DNA of 33,508 nt from a virus (lineage: Duplodnaviria; Heunggongvirae; Uroviricota; Caudoviricetes). The position numbers and the translations under genes are program-made. The stretch lies in the IMG/VR virus record IMGVR_UViG_648276643_000011; one strand, given 5' to 3'. A model generated the notes under the pieces. The model was not told the DNA's origin. It saw only the letters and a list, made by a program, of their open reading frames with translations, and searched no databases. Shown here piece by piece: positions 15,001 to 23,261 of this stretch (its first letter is position 1; each line of letters begins with the position of its first letter).

Positions 15001-15837
15001 ATGGCTAATGAAAAAAAGACATCCCGCAAAAAGTTTCGCGTGGCTGTCTCCGGATCAACTGTTGATGGCCGCGAAATCAGTCCGGTGCATCTGCGTGAAG
15101 CCGCCGAGAACTTCAACCCGGATGTTTACGCCGCCCGCGTGAACGTTGAGCACTATCTCTCGCCATGCCCGTCAAGCGAATTTTCCGCAATGGGCGATGT
15201 CACCGCGCTGAGTACGGAAGACATTACGGAAGGTCCGCTGGCCGGACGTACTGCGCTGTATGCAGAAATCGAACCGACCGAGCGCATGAAGCAGCTTGTC
15301 GCGGACGGCAAGAAAATCTATTCCAGTATCGAACTGCACCCGCAGTTCTCCGTTAACGGGCGCGCCTATCTGGTTGGGCTGGCGATGACCGACACCCCGG
15401 CAAGCCTGGGCACTGAACGCCTGAAATTCACGGCACAGCAACGTCAGGCGGTGATGACGTTCAACAGTGTCCAGGGTGAAGCACCGCTTATCTCCGAAGC
15501 CATCGAGTCTGAAATCATCGAAATGGCAGAACAATGCCAGGAAGAAGGCACCCAGTGGTTTAACCGCGTAATGGGGATTATTGGCCGTGGCCGCAAAGCG
15601 GATGACGCCAGTTTCTCCCGTATTCAGGAAGCGGTGGAAGGCGTCGCAACGTCACAGGCCGACATTATCGACCGTTTTAATACGCTGGAAACCCGCCATC
15701 AGCAGGACAGCCAGAAAATCACGTCACTGACCACAGAGCTGACAGCACTGAAGGAGAAACTGCGCACGCAGGACGGCGATCCGCAGAACCGGTTCACCGC
15801 AACGGGCGCAGCCTCCGACCAGCTGGCTGACTTCTGA
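15001..15837 (+). CDS. O: Capsid scaffolding protein (P2 gpO)
   Basis: Start chosen at ATG 15001 (MANEKKTSRKKFRVAVSGSTVDGREIS) with RBS GAGGGG; the track ORF starts 11 codons earlier; similarity to P2 O (YLVGLAMTDTPASLGTE). Confidence 0.85.
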   Translation: MANEKKTSRKKFRVAVSGSTVDGREISPVHLREAAENFNPDVYAARVNVEHYLSPCPSSEFSAMGDVTALSTEDITEGPLAGRTALYAEIEPTERMKQLVADGKKIYSSIELHPQFSVNGRAYLVGLAMTDTPASLGTERLKFTAQQRQAVMTFNSVQGEAPLISEAIESEIIEMAEQCQEEGTQWFNRVMGIIGRGRKADDASFSRIQEAVEGVATSQADIIDRFNTLETRHQQDSQKITSLTTELTALKEKLRTQDGDPQNRFTATGAASDQLADF

Positions 15838-15859
15838 TAAGACAAAGGAGCAAATTTTT

Positions 15860-16912
15860 ATGAATCTGGTGATGTCAGATATTACCCGCAACAAGCTGGG
15901 TTGCTATATGGCGCAGCAGGCGTCGCTTAACAATATCCCGGTTTCTGCGCTGGTATCGAGATTTACCGTGGAACCCGCGGTGCAGCAGCGTTTTGAAAAC
16001 GCCTCAAAGGACAGCACAGAATTAACGAAAAGAATTAACGTGATCGGCGTGACCGACCAGAAAGGCGAAAAAATCCTCCTGGACACCACAGGACCGATTG
16101 CGCGCACGAATACCAGTTATGACGGCACAAAACGCCGTAACCCGAATAACGTGGTTAATCTGAAAAACCGCAAATACCAGTGCGAACAGGTGAACTACGA
16201 CACGTTTATTTCGTATCCGCAGCTTGATGCCTGGTCGGCACACCCTGATTTTCAGTCCCGCATCAGCGCACAGATTGCCCGACAGGTGGCGCTTGACCGC
16301 ATCATGATCGGTTTCAACGGCACGTCTCACGCGGATGAGTCCAACTTCAGCACCAACAAGCTGCTTCAGGACGTTAACGTGGGCTGGCTGGAGCACATCA
16401 GAACCGACGCCAGCGAACGCGTTATGAATGACGTGACGCTGACCTCCCGCAACATGGACAACACCGTGGCGCACGTGGGTAAGTATGCGAACGCTGATGC
16501 ACTGGTACAGGACGCGCGTTCATCCCTGCTGGATGAATGGCACAAGGAAGCTGACGACCTCGTGGTGATTATGGGGCGCAACCTGTTTAACTCGCTGCGT
16601 CTGCCCGTGCTGAACAGCATCAGCGGCCAGAATCCCAATGCGGAATTACTTGCCGGGCAGCTCATCCTGTCATCGCGCACCATTGGCGGGCTGGGCGTGT
16701 TCCTTGCGCCGTTCTTCCCGGATGCAACGATGCTGATCACCTCGTTCAACAACCTGTCGATTTACTGGCAGAAAGGTTCAATGCGTCGTCTGATGAAAGA
16801 CGAACCGGAATACAACCGTATCGCCACCTACCAGTCCATCAATGACGCTTATGTCGTTGAAGACTATGGCAAGTGCGCGATGGTCACTGGCCTGAAGTTC
16901 GCCGACAGCTAA
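15860..16912 (+). CDS. N: Major capsid protein (P2 gpN)
   Basis: 350 aa; RBS AAGGAG; conserved blocks shared with P2 N (FTVEP, GFNG, YVVEDY). Confidence 0.9.
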   Translation: MNLVMSDITRNKLGCYMAQQASLNNIPVSALVSRFTVEPAVQQRFENASKDSTELTKRINVIGVTDQKGEKILLDTTGPIARTNTSYDGTKRRNPNNVVNLKNRKYQCEQVNYDTFISYPQLDAWSAHPDFQSRISAQIARQVALDRIMIGFNGTSHADESNFSTNKLLQDVNVGWLEHIRTDASERVMNDVTLTSRNMDNTVAHVGKYANADALVQDARSSLLDEWHKEADDLVVIMGRNLFNSLRLPVLNSISGQNPNAELLAGQLILSSRTIGGLGVFLAPFFPDATMLITSFNNLSIYWQKGSMRRLMKDEPEYNRIATYQSINDAYVVEDYGKCAMVTGLKFADS

Positions 16913-16957
16913 TCAACTCACGGCGGGCATCATGCCCGCCTGTAACGGAGAGAAAAA

Positions 16958-17758
16958 ATGATTACTCCTGCACAGCAACACTGGCAGAACGTGATGGCAC
17001 AGCGCGCAGGCCGGGCGAATGAAGGCGTGGACCACGCCGCGCGTACCGCGCATGAAGAGGTGCTGTATCGTCTGCGTCTGGCACAGGCCCGGCTTAAGGG
17101 CGTACAGGCCAGAAGCGCGAAAGCCGCCATCAAAAAAGAGTTGTTGCCGGACTTTTCCGGCTGGATTGAGGGAACGCTGGAGGCTGACGGCGGGCAGCAG
17201 GACGAAGTGATTGCCACGCTGATGGTGTGGGCGATTGACTGCGGCGATCTTCCGCTTGCGCTGCGTATTGGCGCGTATGTGGTCCGTCACAACCTCATCA
17301 TGCCGGATAACTTTGGCCGTACTGCTGCCACAGTGCTGACCGAAGAAATCTGCAACCCGGTACTGACGCAGGCCGGGACGGATGCCGACGCGGATTTGTC
17401 CGCCTTTATCGAACCACTGGATACCCTCCGGGAGATTGTCACCGACCAGGACATGCCGGACGAAGTGCGCGCCAAATTATGCAAGGCGTGCGCCTTTGCC
17501 CGCCGTGGCCTGAGCGATGCGGACAGCATGGCCCTGTCACTGAAGCTGCTGCGCGAAGCAATGCACCTGAACCCGAACGCAGGTGTGAAACGCGAGATTG
17601 CAACCCTTTCCCGCGCCCTGAAAAAAGCCGATTCCGCAGCCGCACCAGAAGATGCCAGCACACCGCAGGCGCAGGACGAAAGCAGCAAAAGTAAAAAGAC
17701 AACGCGGAAGCCTGCAACACGAAAAACCACCGCGACGCAGAAGGCGAAGCGCGGTTAA
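16958..17758 (+). CDS. M: Terminase small / endonuclease subunit (P2 gpM)
   Basis: 266 aa; RBS GGAGAG; MPDEVRAKL block and basic C-terminal tail as in P2 M. Confidence 0.85.
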   Translation: MITPAQQHWQNVMAQRAGRANEGVDHAARTAHEEVLYRLRLAQARLKGVQARSAKAAIKKELLPDFSGWIEGTLEADGGQQDEVIATLMVWAIDCGDLPLALRIGAYVVRHNLIMPDNFGRTAATVLTEEICNPVLTQAGTDADADLSAFIEPLDTLREIVTDQDMPDEVRAKLCKACAFARRGLSDADSMALSLKLLREAMHLNPNAGVKREIATLSRALKKADSAAAPEDASTPQAQDESSKSKKTTRKPATRKTTATQKAKRG

Positions 17759-17859
17759 CGACTGACCCCGTCAGCGGGCGGCGTACGCGGTGTTCCGGTT
17801 TGACTCCGTGACCGTTTACACCGCGCACCCACCGCCCGATTTTTTCAGGAGTGAACCCC

Positions 17860-18354
17860 ATGAGTATGGTTGCCAGAACCAACCCCGGACCCGCAGAGGA
17901 CGACATCACCGATACCGATGATGGTGATACCCGTATTTCAGCGGGTGCATTCTGGCCGGATATTGTGCTGCGTGAACTGCGTCTGGCGGTACGACTGCCG
18001 GGCCGTGTGACCACCTCCCGCCTGCTGCATACCGCCACCGGGGCCGTGGCACACGTTACCCGCGAGCTGGAAGCGTGGCAGCAGGAACAGCAGGCGGCTG
18101 GCCATCAGACGCTGGCCGATGTTCCGGCACCCGTAATTAACGGAGAAAGCGTCAATCTCTGGCACTGGCGCAATGCGGTTTACACCGCCACACGCGCCCT
18201 GATTCTGGAGCGTTACCGCGATGCGGACACAACGGACAAGGGCGACCGCCGGGCGGACGCACTGGATATACAGACATCGGATTTGTGGCGCGATATGAGC
18301 TGGGCCATCTCTGACATTCTGTGCCGCCCGCGAATCTTTGCGGAGTTGTGCTGA
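17860..18354 (+). CDS. L: Head completion/stabilisation protein (P2 gpL)
   Basis: ATG 17860 preferred (RBS AGGAG 6 nt upstream) over the GTG at 17851 used by the track; LADVPAP and WRDMSWA blocks as in P2 L. Confidence 0.8.
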   Translation: MSMVARTNPGPAEDDITDTDDGDTRISAGAFWPDIVLRELRLAVRLPGRVTTSRLLHTATGAVAHVTRELEAWQQEQQAAGHQTLADVPAPVINGESVNLWHWRNAVYTATRALILERYRDADTTDKGDRRADALDIQTSDLWRDMSWAISDILCRPRIFAELC

Positions 18355-18554
18355 TGAAAGTGAAGGCACTGGAAGGCGACACCGTGGATTCGCTCTGTTT
18401 CCGGTACTACGGCACGACGCAGGGCGTCACCGAAAAGGTGCTGGATGCCAACCCCGGACTCTGTCAGCAGGTATTTCTGGACGCCGGGCAGGAAGTGGAG
18501 ATGCCGGAGCCGGAGAAGAAGAAACGAGAAATGATTCAGTTGTGGGGGGAGTAG
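18354..18554 (+). CDS. X: Tail protein X (LysM-like)
   Basis: 66 aa MKVKALEGDTVDSLCFRYYGTTQGVTEKVLDANPGL closely parallels P2 gpX; ATG overlaps L stop. Confidence 0.8.
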   Translation: MKVKALEGDTVDSLCFRYYGTTQGVTEKVLDANPGLCQQVFLDAGQEVEMPEPEKKKREMIQLWGE

Positions 18555-18556
18555 CA

Positions 18557-18880
18557 GTGAGCACCATTCAAACAGGGATCACAGAGCAGGTTATTGCGTG
18601 GCTCTTTGACCACCTGCCAACGGTGTATGCAGTAGGCGCGGCGGTCAGCATTTCCGCGCTGATGAGTCTTTATGACGGACGAACTCTGGTTCAGACCGTA
18701 ACGGGATCGCTGGCGTGCGGCGTTCTTGCCATGGCCGTGGCCGGGTCGTTGCGCTTCTTCGGTTTTCCTGAAGATGCCGTGACGTTTATCGGCGCATCAA
18801 TCGGTTTTATGGGTGCAGAGAAAGCACGCGACAAGGTTATTGCGGCCTTTAATCGCAGGGTGAAGGAGAAGGACGAATGA
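18557..18880 (+). CDS. Putative holin
   Basis: GTG start 2 nt after X stop; 107 aa with hydrophobic helices and charged C-terminus; directly precedes the endolysin. Confidence 0.6.
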   Translation: MSTIQTGITEQVIAWLFDHLPTVYAVGAAVSISALMSLYDGRTLVQTVTGSLACGVLAMAVAGSLRFFGFPEDAVTFIGASIGFMGAEKARDKVIAAFNRRVKEKDE

Positions 18881-19269
18881 GCAACACATTTAAATTCAGC
18901 AGCCGGAGCGAAAAGAATTTGCAGGGCGTAAATCCTGATCTGGTGAAAGTGACCCGACGGGCACTGGAAATCTCGGAAGTGGATTTTGGTATCACCGAAG
19001 GGTTGCGCAGCCGTTACCGCCAGAAGCAACTGGTGGCCACGGGTAAGAGCCAGACCATGAACAGCCGCCACCTTACGGGGCATGCCGTGGATGTTGTGGC
19101 TTATATCGGCAGCCAGGTGTCATGGGAATGGCCGCTGTACGAAAAAATCGCAGCAGCATTCAGACAGGCCAGCCGGGAACTGAATATTCCGGTGGAATGG
19201 GGCGGCGACTGGAAGACCCTGAAAGACGGACCGCATTTTCAGTTACCACACGGAGCCTATCCGGCATGA
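18877..19269 (+). CDS. Endolysin, peptidase M15 family (L-alanyl-D-glutamate endopeptidase type)
   Basis: 130 aa; zinc-ligand motif SRHLTGHAVDV and C-terminal H, compact size typical of M15 endolysins; lysis-cassette position. Confidence 0.8.
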   Translation: MSNTFKFSSRSEKNLQGVNPDLVKVTRRALEISEVDFGITEGLRSRYRQKQLVATGKSQTMNSRHLTGHAVDVVAYIGSQVSWEWPLYEKIAAAFRQASRELNIPVEWGGDWKTLKDGPHFQLPHGAYPA

Positions 19270-19673
19270 AGCTCTGGCCCACGCTGGGCGTCGCTTTCCT
19301 TCTGATTGCCGCATGGGGAACATCCATGCGTCTGTCGTGGTCGCTGGGCCGGGAGAACGCCAGAAACGAAGCGCAGGCCAGCACCCTGAAAAGTACCGTC
19401 GACACCCTGAATATCATCAGCGCCGGGGTACAGGATATGCAGCAGGTGCTGGCACAACTCCGCGTGGAAAATCAGCAACGCAATCAGGACGGAGAGGCCA
19501 GACGTGAACAGCTACGCAACGATATTGCAAAAGATGAATGCGCCCACGCTTTGCCTGATGCTCGTTTTACTGACAGGTTGCGCAGGCACGCTGAACGCGC
19601 CACGGCCAGCGCCGTCAGTCCGGCTTATACCGCAGACGCTGACCATACCGGTAACGCCGCCCCCCTTCCCTGA
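19266..19673 (+). CDS. i-spanin (Rz/LysB-like)
   Basis: ATGA-coupled to endolysin; N-terminal TM helix followed by coiled-coil-like region. Confidence 0.6.
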   Translation: MKLWPTLGVAFLLIAAWGTSMRLSWSLGRENARNEAQASTLKSTVDTLNIISAGVQDMQQVLAQLRVENQQRNQDGEARREQLRNDIAKDECAHALPDARFTDRLRRHAERATASAVSPAYTADADHTGNAAPLP

Positions 19674-19824
19674 CACTCCCACATGGGGAAATCTCGGTAT
19701 ATGGGGCGACCGCCTTCTGGATGCACTGGAAACCTGTAACGCGGATAAACGGGCCATTGAATTACTGGAGCAGCGCAGACTGCAACGACTGAACAACGAG
19801 GACAACAGCCATGCTGAAAACTGA
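19534..19824 (+). CDS. o-spanin (Rz1/LysC-like) lipoprotein, overlapping the i-spanin in another frame
   Basis: Lipobox LLTGC after signal peptide MNAPTLCLMLVLLTGC; proline-rich mature region; starts inside the Rz-like gene and extends beyond it. Confidence 0.6.
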   Translation: MNAPTLCLMLVLLTGCAGTLNAPRPAPSVRLIPQTLTIPVTPPPFPDTPTWGNLGIWGDRLLDALETCNADKRAIELLEQRRLQRLNNEDNSHAEN

Positions 19825-20278
19825 TTCCCTGCGTGAAGCCATGACCCGTTCATGTCGATGGTGTCACGCCAACCCGGAGAAATTCACCATTTTCGTGGAG
19901 AGCGGCAACATTGAAACGACCGGAGAAACTCCCTCGTTTGTTTACCGCTATCAGATGGTGATGTTTGTCATGGATTACGCCGGGGAGCTGGACGACCTCA
20001 CGCTGCCGCTGCTGGCGTGGTTATCCGAAAATCAGCCACAGTTGTTGCTCAACCCTGAGCGTAATCAGGACATCAAATTCTCCGCCGTTATCAATGACGA
20101 TGACAGCGCCGATCTCCTGTTTACGCTCCCCCTGCGGGAACGCGTTCGCATCACGCGCAGCAGTCAGGGCACACCGCAGGCAGAACACCTGCCGGAGCCA
20201 AAACCCCGTCTGCCCTCTTCCGAAGGCGACTGGTCGCATGTATTCCAGGATGTGACGTGGGGTGAAAGCGATGGATAA
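19811..20278 (+). CDS. R: Tail completion protein R
   Basis: 155 aa; MLKTDSLREAMT ... LLAWLSENQP parallels P2 gpR. Confidence 0.8.
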   Translation: MLKTDSLREAMTRSCRWCHANPEKFTIFVESGNIETTGETPSFVYRYQMVMFVMDYAGELDDLTLPLLAWLSENQPQLLLNPERNQDIKFSAVINDDDSADLLFTLPLRERVRITRSSQGTPQAEHLPEPKPRLPSSEGDWSHVFQDVTWGESDG

Positions 20279-20906
20279 GGCATTCACCCGCGTGGATGAA
20301 ACCTTTGAGGCCATCCGCGACAGCCTGAATCAGCAGGCCATCAATAACATCGCCAGAAAGCTGGCACAGGATTTACGTCGCGCCCAGCAGGCACGTATCC
20401 GGTCACAGAAAGCGCCGGACGGGACCGCATGGACACCACGCAAACGCCGTGTAACCCGGATACAGGAACGCATTCGCTTTATCTGGAATAACGAAGCACG
20501 CACGCTGAAAAACTGGCATCACGACACGGGGAAATACGGGCGAACCATCACCGGGTGGGATGAGGATAAAAACAACATCCGCACGTTTTACCGGGATGAC
20601 ATCGACCGCTTTCTGGAAATACGCACCCGGCGCATCAACCAGGACAGCACAAAGCGCGTCCCCATGTTCGTAAAACTGCGCACCGCCCGCTACCTGAAAG
20701 CCCGTGCAGATGCTTCCGGTGTGACGGTGGGTTACAGCGGCGTGGCCGCACGTATTGCCCGCGTTCATCAGTTCGGTGAGCGCGATCAGGTTGCGCCGGG
20801 CATTTTCACCGATTACCCGGTACGTGAGTTGCTGGGTATCAGCCAGGCAGATGAGCGCCTGATTTATAACACGGTGCTGGGCCGGATTGCGGAGGCTGTA
20901 CGGTGA
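20271..20906 (+). CDS. S: Tail completion / virion morphogenesis protein S
   Basis: ATG 20271 overlaps R stop (ATGGATAA); position between R and V. Confidence 0.7.
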   Translation: MDKAFTRVDETFEAIRDSLNQQAINNIARKLAQDLRRAQQARIRSQKAPDGTAWTPRKRRVTRIQERIRFIWNNEARTLKNWHHDTGKYGRTITGWDEDKNNIRTFYRDDIDRFLEIRTRRINQDSTKRVPMFVKLRTARYLKARADASGVTVGYSGVAARIARVHQFGERDQVAPGIFTDYPVRELLGISQADERLIYNTVLGRIAEAVR

Positions 20907-21484
20907 GCGCAGAACTCATGCGACTGCTGAGCAATATCATCCGCACCGGGATCATCTCTGAAGTTGATGAGAAGTCCTGGCGCGTGCGCGTTCGCAGCGG
21001 CGAACTGGAAACAGGCTGGTTGCGCTGGAACACCACGCGCGCGGGAGCCTTCAATGTGTGGCTGCCGCCATCACCAGGCGAACAGGTGGCAATTGCCTGC
21101 ATTGGCGGCAACCCGGAAACCGCCATGATAATTGGCAGCCTGTGGAGTGATGCCAATCCGGCCCCCGGCAAAAGCCTGAAAGAAATCGTGGTCAGCGCGC
21201 CGGACGGCGCGGTGTTCCGCTACGACGCGGACGCAGGCGCACTGAGTGCCAGCGGCATGAAAACGGCCACTTTGCAGGCATCCGTCAGCGTGAAACTGGA
21301 TACGCCCGTCGTGGAATGCACAAACCTTCTGAAAACAGCCGAGATTGACGTCACAAAAGGGGGAAAGATGAGCGGCAATATCACGCACAGTGGCGGCGAT
21401 TTCACCTCAAACGGCATCACAGTGCATACGCATAAGCACGGTGGCGTTAAAGGTGGCAGCGATTCGACAGGAGGCCCGCAGTGA
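20903..21484 (+). CDS. V: Baseplate spike/assembly protein V
   Basis: 193 aa; GTGA overlap with S; blocks IRTGII, GEQV, PDGAV, VECTNLL, KGG.M.GNI.H.GG, NGI.VHTHKH match P2 gpV. Confidence 0.85.
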   Translation: MSAELMRLLSNIIRTGIISEVDEKSWRVRVRSGELETGWLRWNTTRAGAFNVWLPPSPGEQVAIACIGGNPETAMIIGSLWSDANPAPGKSLKEIVVSAPDGAVFRYDADAGALSASGMKTATLQASVSVKLDTPVVECTNLLKTAEIDVTKGGKMSGNITHSGGDFTSNGITVHTHKHGGVKGGSDSTGGPQ

Positions 21485-21831
21485 CAACCCGCTACACAGG
21501 AATGAACCAGGACGGAACGGGAAACCTGAACGATATGGAGCACCTGAAACAGTCAGTCAGGGACATCCTGACCACCCCGCTGGCAAGCCGGGTTATGCGA
21601 CGGGAATATGGCAGCCTTGTGCCTGATTTGATTGACGAACCCATGAATAACACCACGCGTCTGCAATGCATGAGTGCTGCCGTGATTGCACTGACACGAT
21701 GGGAACCCCGCATTGCCCTGGATGCCATCGACGTTGTCTGGAAAGCGGGAGGCCGCGCCGGGGTGACGCTGTCGGGCACTGTCATGCAGACCATGCAGAA
21801 TGTTGAATTAACCATCACGCTGAGGGAGTAA
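21481..21831 (+). CDS. W: Baseplate wedge protein W (gp25-like)
   Basis: GTG start overlapping V stop; TTRYTGMNQDG and RVMRREYGSL parallel P2 gpW. Confidence 0.85.
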   Translation: MTTRYTGMNQDGTGNLNDMEHLKQSVRDILTTPLASRVMRREYGSLVPDLIDEPMNNTTRLQCMSAAVIALTRWEPRIALDAIDVVWKAGGRAGVTLSGTVMQTMQNVELTITLRE

Positions 21832-21834
21832 ATC

Positions 21835-22731
21835 ATGCCCGCCGTTGACCTTTCACAGTTACCGGAACCCGCCATCATCGCGGAGCCTGACTTTGAAGCA
21901 ATTCTGGCTGACACAAAGGCCATGATGATTGCGGCTTATCCCGCCGAACAGCGTGAAGCCGTCTCCGCCGCGCTGGAACTGGAATCAGAACCACTGAACG
22001 TTATCGCTCAAACCATGTCTTTTCGTGAAATGCTGTTACGCCAGCGGGTCAATGAGGGTGCACGCGCCTGCATGTTAAGCCACAGCGTCGGGACAGACCT
22101 GGACAACCTCGCGGGCAATATGAACACAAAGCGCCTGGTTATCACTCCGGCAACGGATACCACCGACGCGGTGATGGAAAGCGACACCTCGCTGAGACTG
22201 CGGGCGCAACGGGCGTATGACGGTCTGAGTGTTGCTGGCCCGTCAGGCGCATACGAGTATTTTGCACGCAGCGCCAGCGGTCTGGTACGCGACGCGCGAG
22301 CCATCAGCCCGTCTCCGGCCAACGTGACGGTTTCCATTCTGTCCACTGAAGGCGACGGCACAGCAACGGAGGCGTTGCTTAATACCGTTCGCGCCGTTCT
22401 GAATGCAGAGGATACCCGCCCGGTGGCCGACCGCCTGACGGTACAGAGCGCCAGAATCGTGACATGGCGGCTGAATGCAAAACTGTTCTTTTACCCCGGC
22501 CCGGAATCCGAACCTATTCTGGCTGCGGCGGAATCGTCGTTCAGGAAGTGGCTGGCTGAGCAGGGGCTTATCGGTCAGGACGTGGCGCTGTCAGCCATTG
22601 CTGCCGCACTGCATGTGCACGGCGTGCAACGCGTGGAGATAATCGAACCCACACAGAATATGGCCATCAGCGACATACAGGCGGCGCGCTGTGAGTCATT
22701 CACCATCAGCGAAGGTGGGCGTAATGAGTAA
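21835..22731 (+). CDS. J: Baseplate assembly protein J
   Basis: 298 aa; extensive by-eye identity to P2 gpJ (LPEP, SEPL, RPVADRLTVQSA, YPGPESEPI, LHV.GVQRVE). Confidence 0.9.
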   Translation: MPAVDLSQLPEPAIIAEPDFEAILADTKAMMIAAYPAEQREAVSAALELESEPLNVIAQTMSFREMLLRQRVNEGARACMLSHSVGTDLDNLAGNMNTKRLVITPATDTTDAVMESDTSLRLRAQRAYDGLSVAGPSGAYEYFARSASGLVRDARAISPSPANVTVSILSTEGDGTATEALLNTVRAVLNAEDTRPVADRLTVQSARIVTWRLNAKLFFYPGPESEPILAAAESSFRKWLAEQGLIGQDVALSAIAAALHVHGVQRVEIIEPTQNMAISDIQAARCESFTISEGGRNE

Positions 22732-23251
22732 TTCACTGTTACCGCCATCAGCCAGCAGTTTCATGCGTTGTGCCGAAGCCGTCGGGACACGCATTACAGA
22801 CATTCCGGTAGACCTCAACACGCTGTGGTCGCCGGATACCTGCCCGGTGCATCTGCTGCCTTATCTCGCCTGGGCATTTTCCGTTGACCGCTGGGATCGC
22901 AACTGGCCGGAAGAGACAAAGCGACAGGTGATTCGTGATGCATGGCTGATACACCGACACAAGGGAACCATCAGCGCACTGCGCCGGGCCATTGAGCCGC
23001 TGGGATATCTCATTCGTGTGTCTGAGTGGTGGGAGTTCGACGGCGAACCCGGAACATTCAAGGTTGATGTTGGCACGCTGGACAGTGGTGTGACCGAGGA
23101 AATGTATCTGGAAATGGAACGGCTGATTGCCGATGCCAAACCCGCAAGTCGCCACCTTATCGGCCTGAACATTATCCAGGACATTCCTGGCTATCTGTAT
23201 ACAGGCGGTGTGGTCTGTGATGGTGATGTTATTACTGTTTATCCCGGATAA
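22724..23251 (+). CDS. I: Baseplate/tail protein I
   Basis: ATG 22724 (MSNSLLPPSAS) overlaps J stop; the track ORF begins upstream at 22691; canonical J-I-H order. Confidence 0.8.
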   Translation: MSNSLLPPSASSFMRCAEAVGTRITDIPVDLNTLWSPDTCPVHLLPYLAWAFSVDRWDRNWPEETKRQVIRDAWLIHRHKGTISALRRAIEPLGYLIRVSEWWEFDGEPGTFKVDVGTLDSGVTEEMYLEMERLIADAKPASRHLIGLNIIQDIPGYLYTGGVVCDGDVITVYPG

Positions 23252-23261
23252 GTGAGAAACA

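Noticed and set aside
16022-18369. Several minus-strand ORFs (150, 125, 147, 199, 143 aa) across N, M and L
   Set aside because: All antisense to syntenic, homology-supported capsid and terminase genes; typical GC-rich spurious frames.
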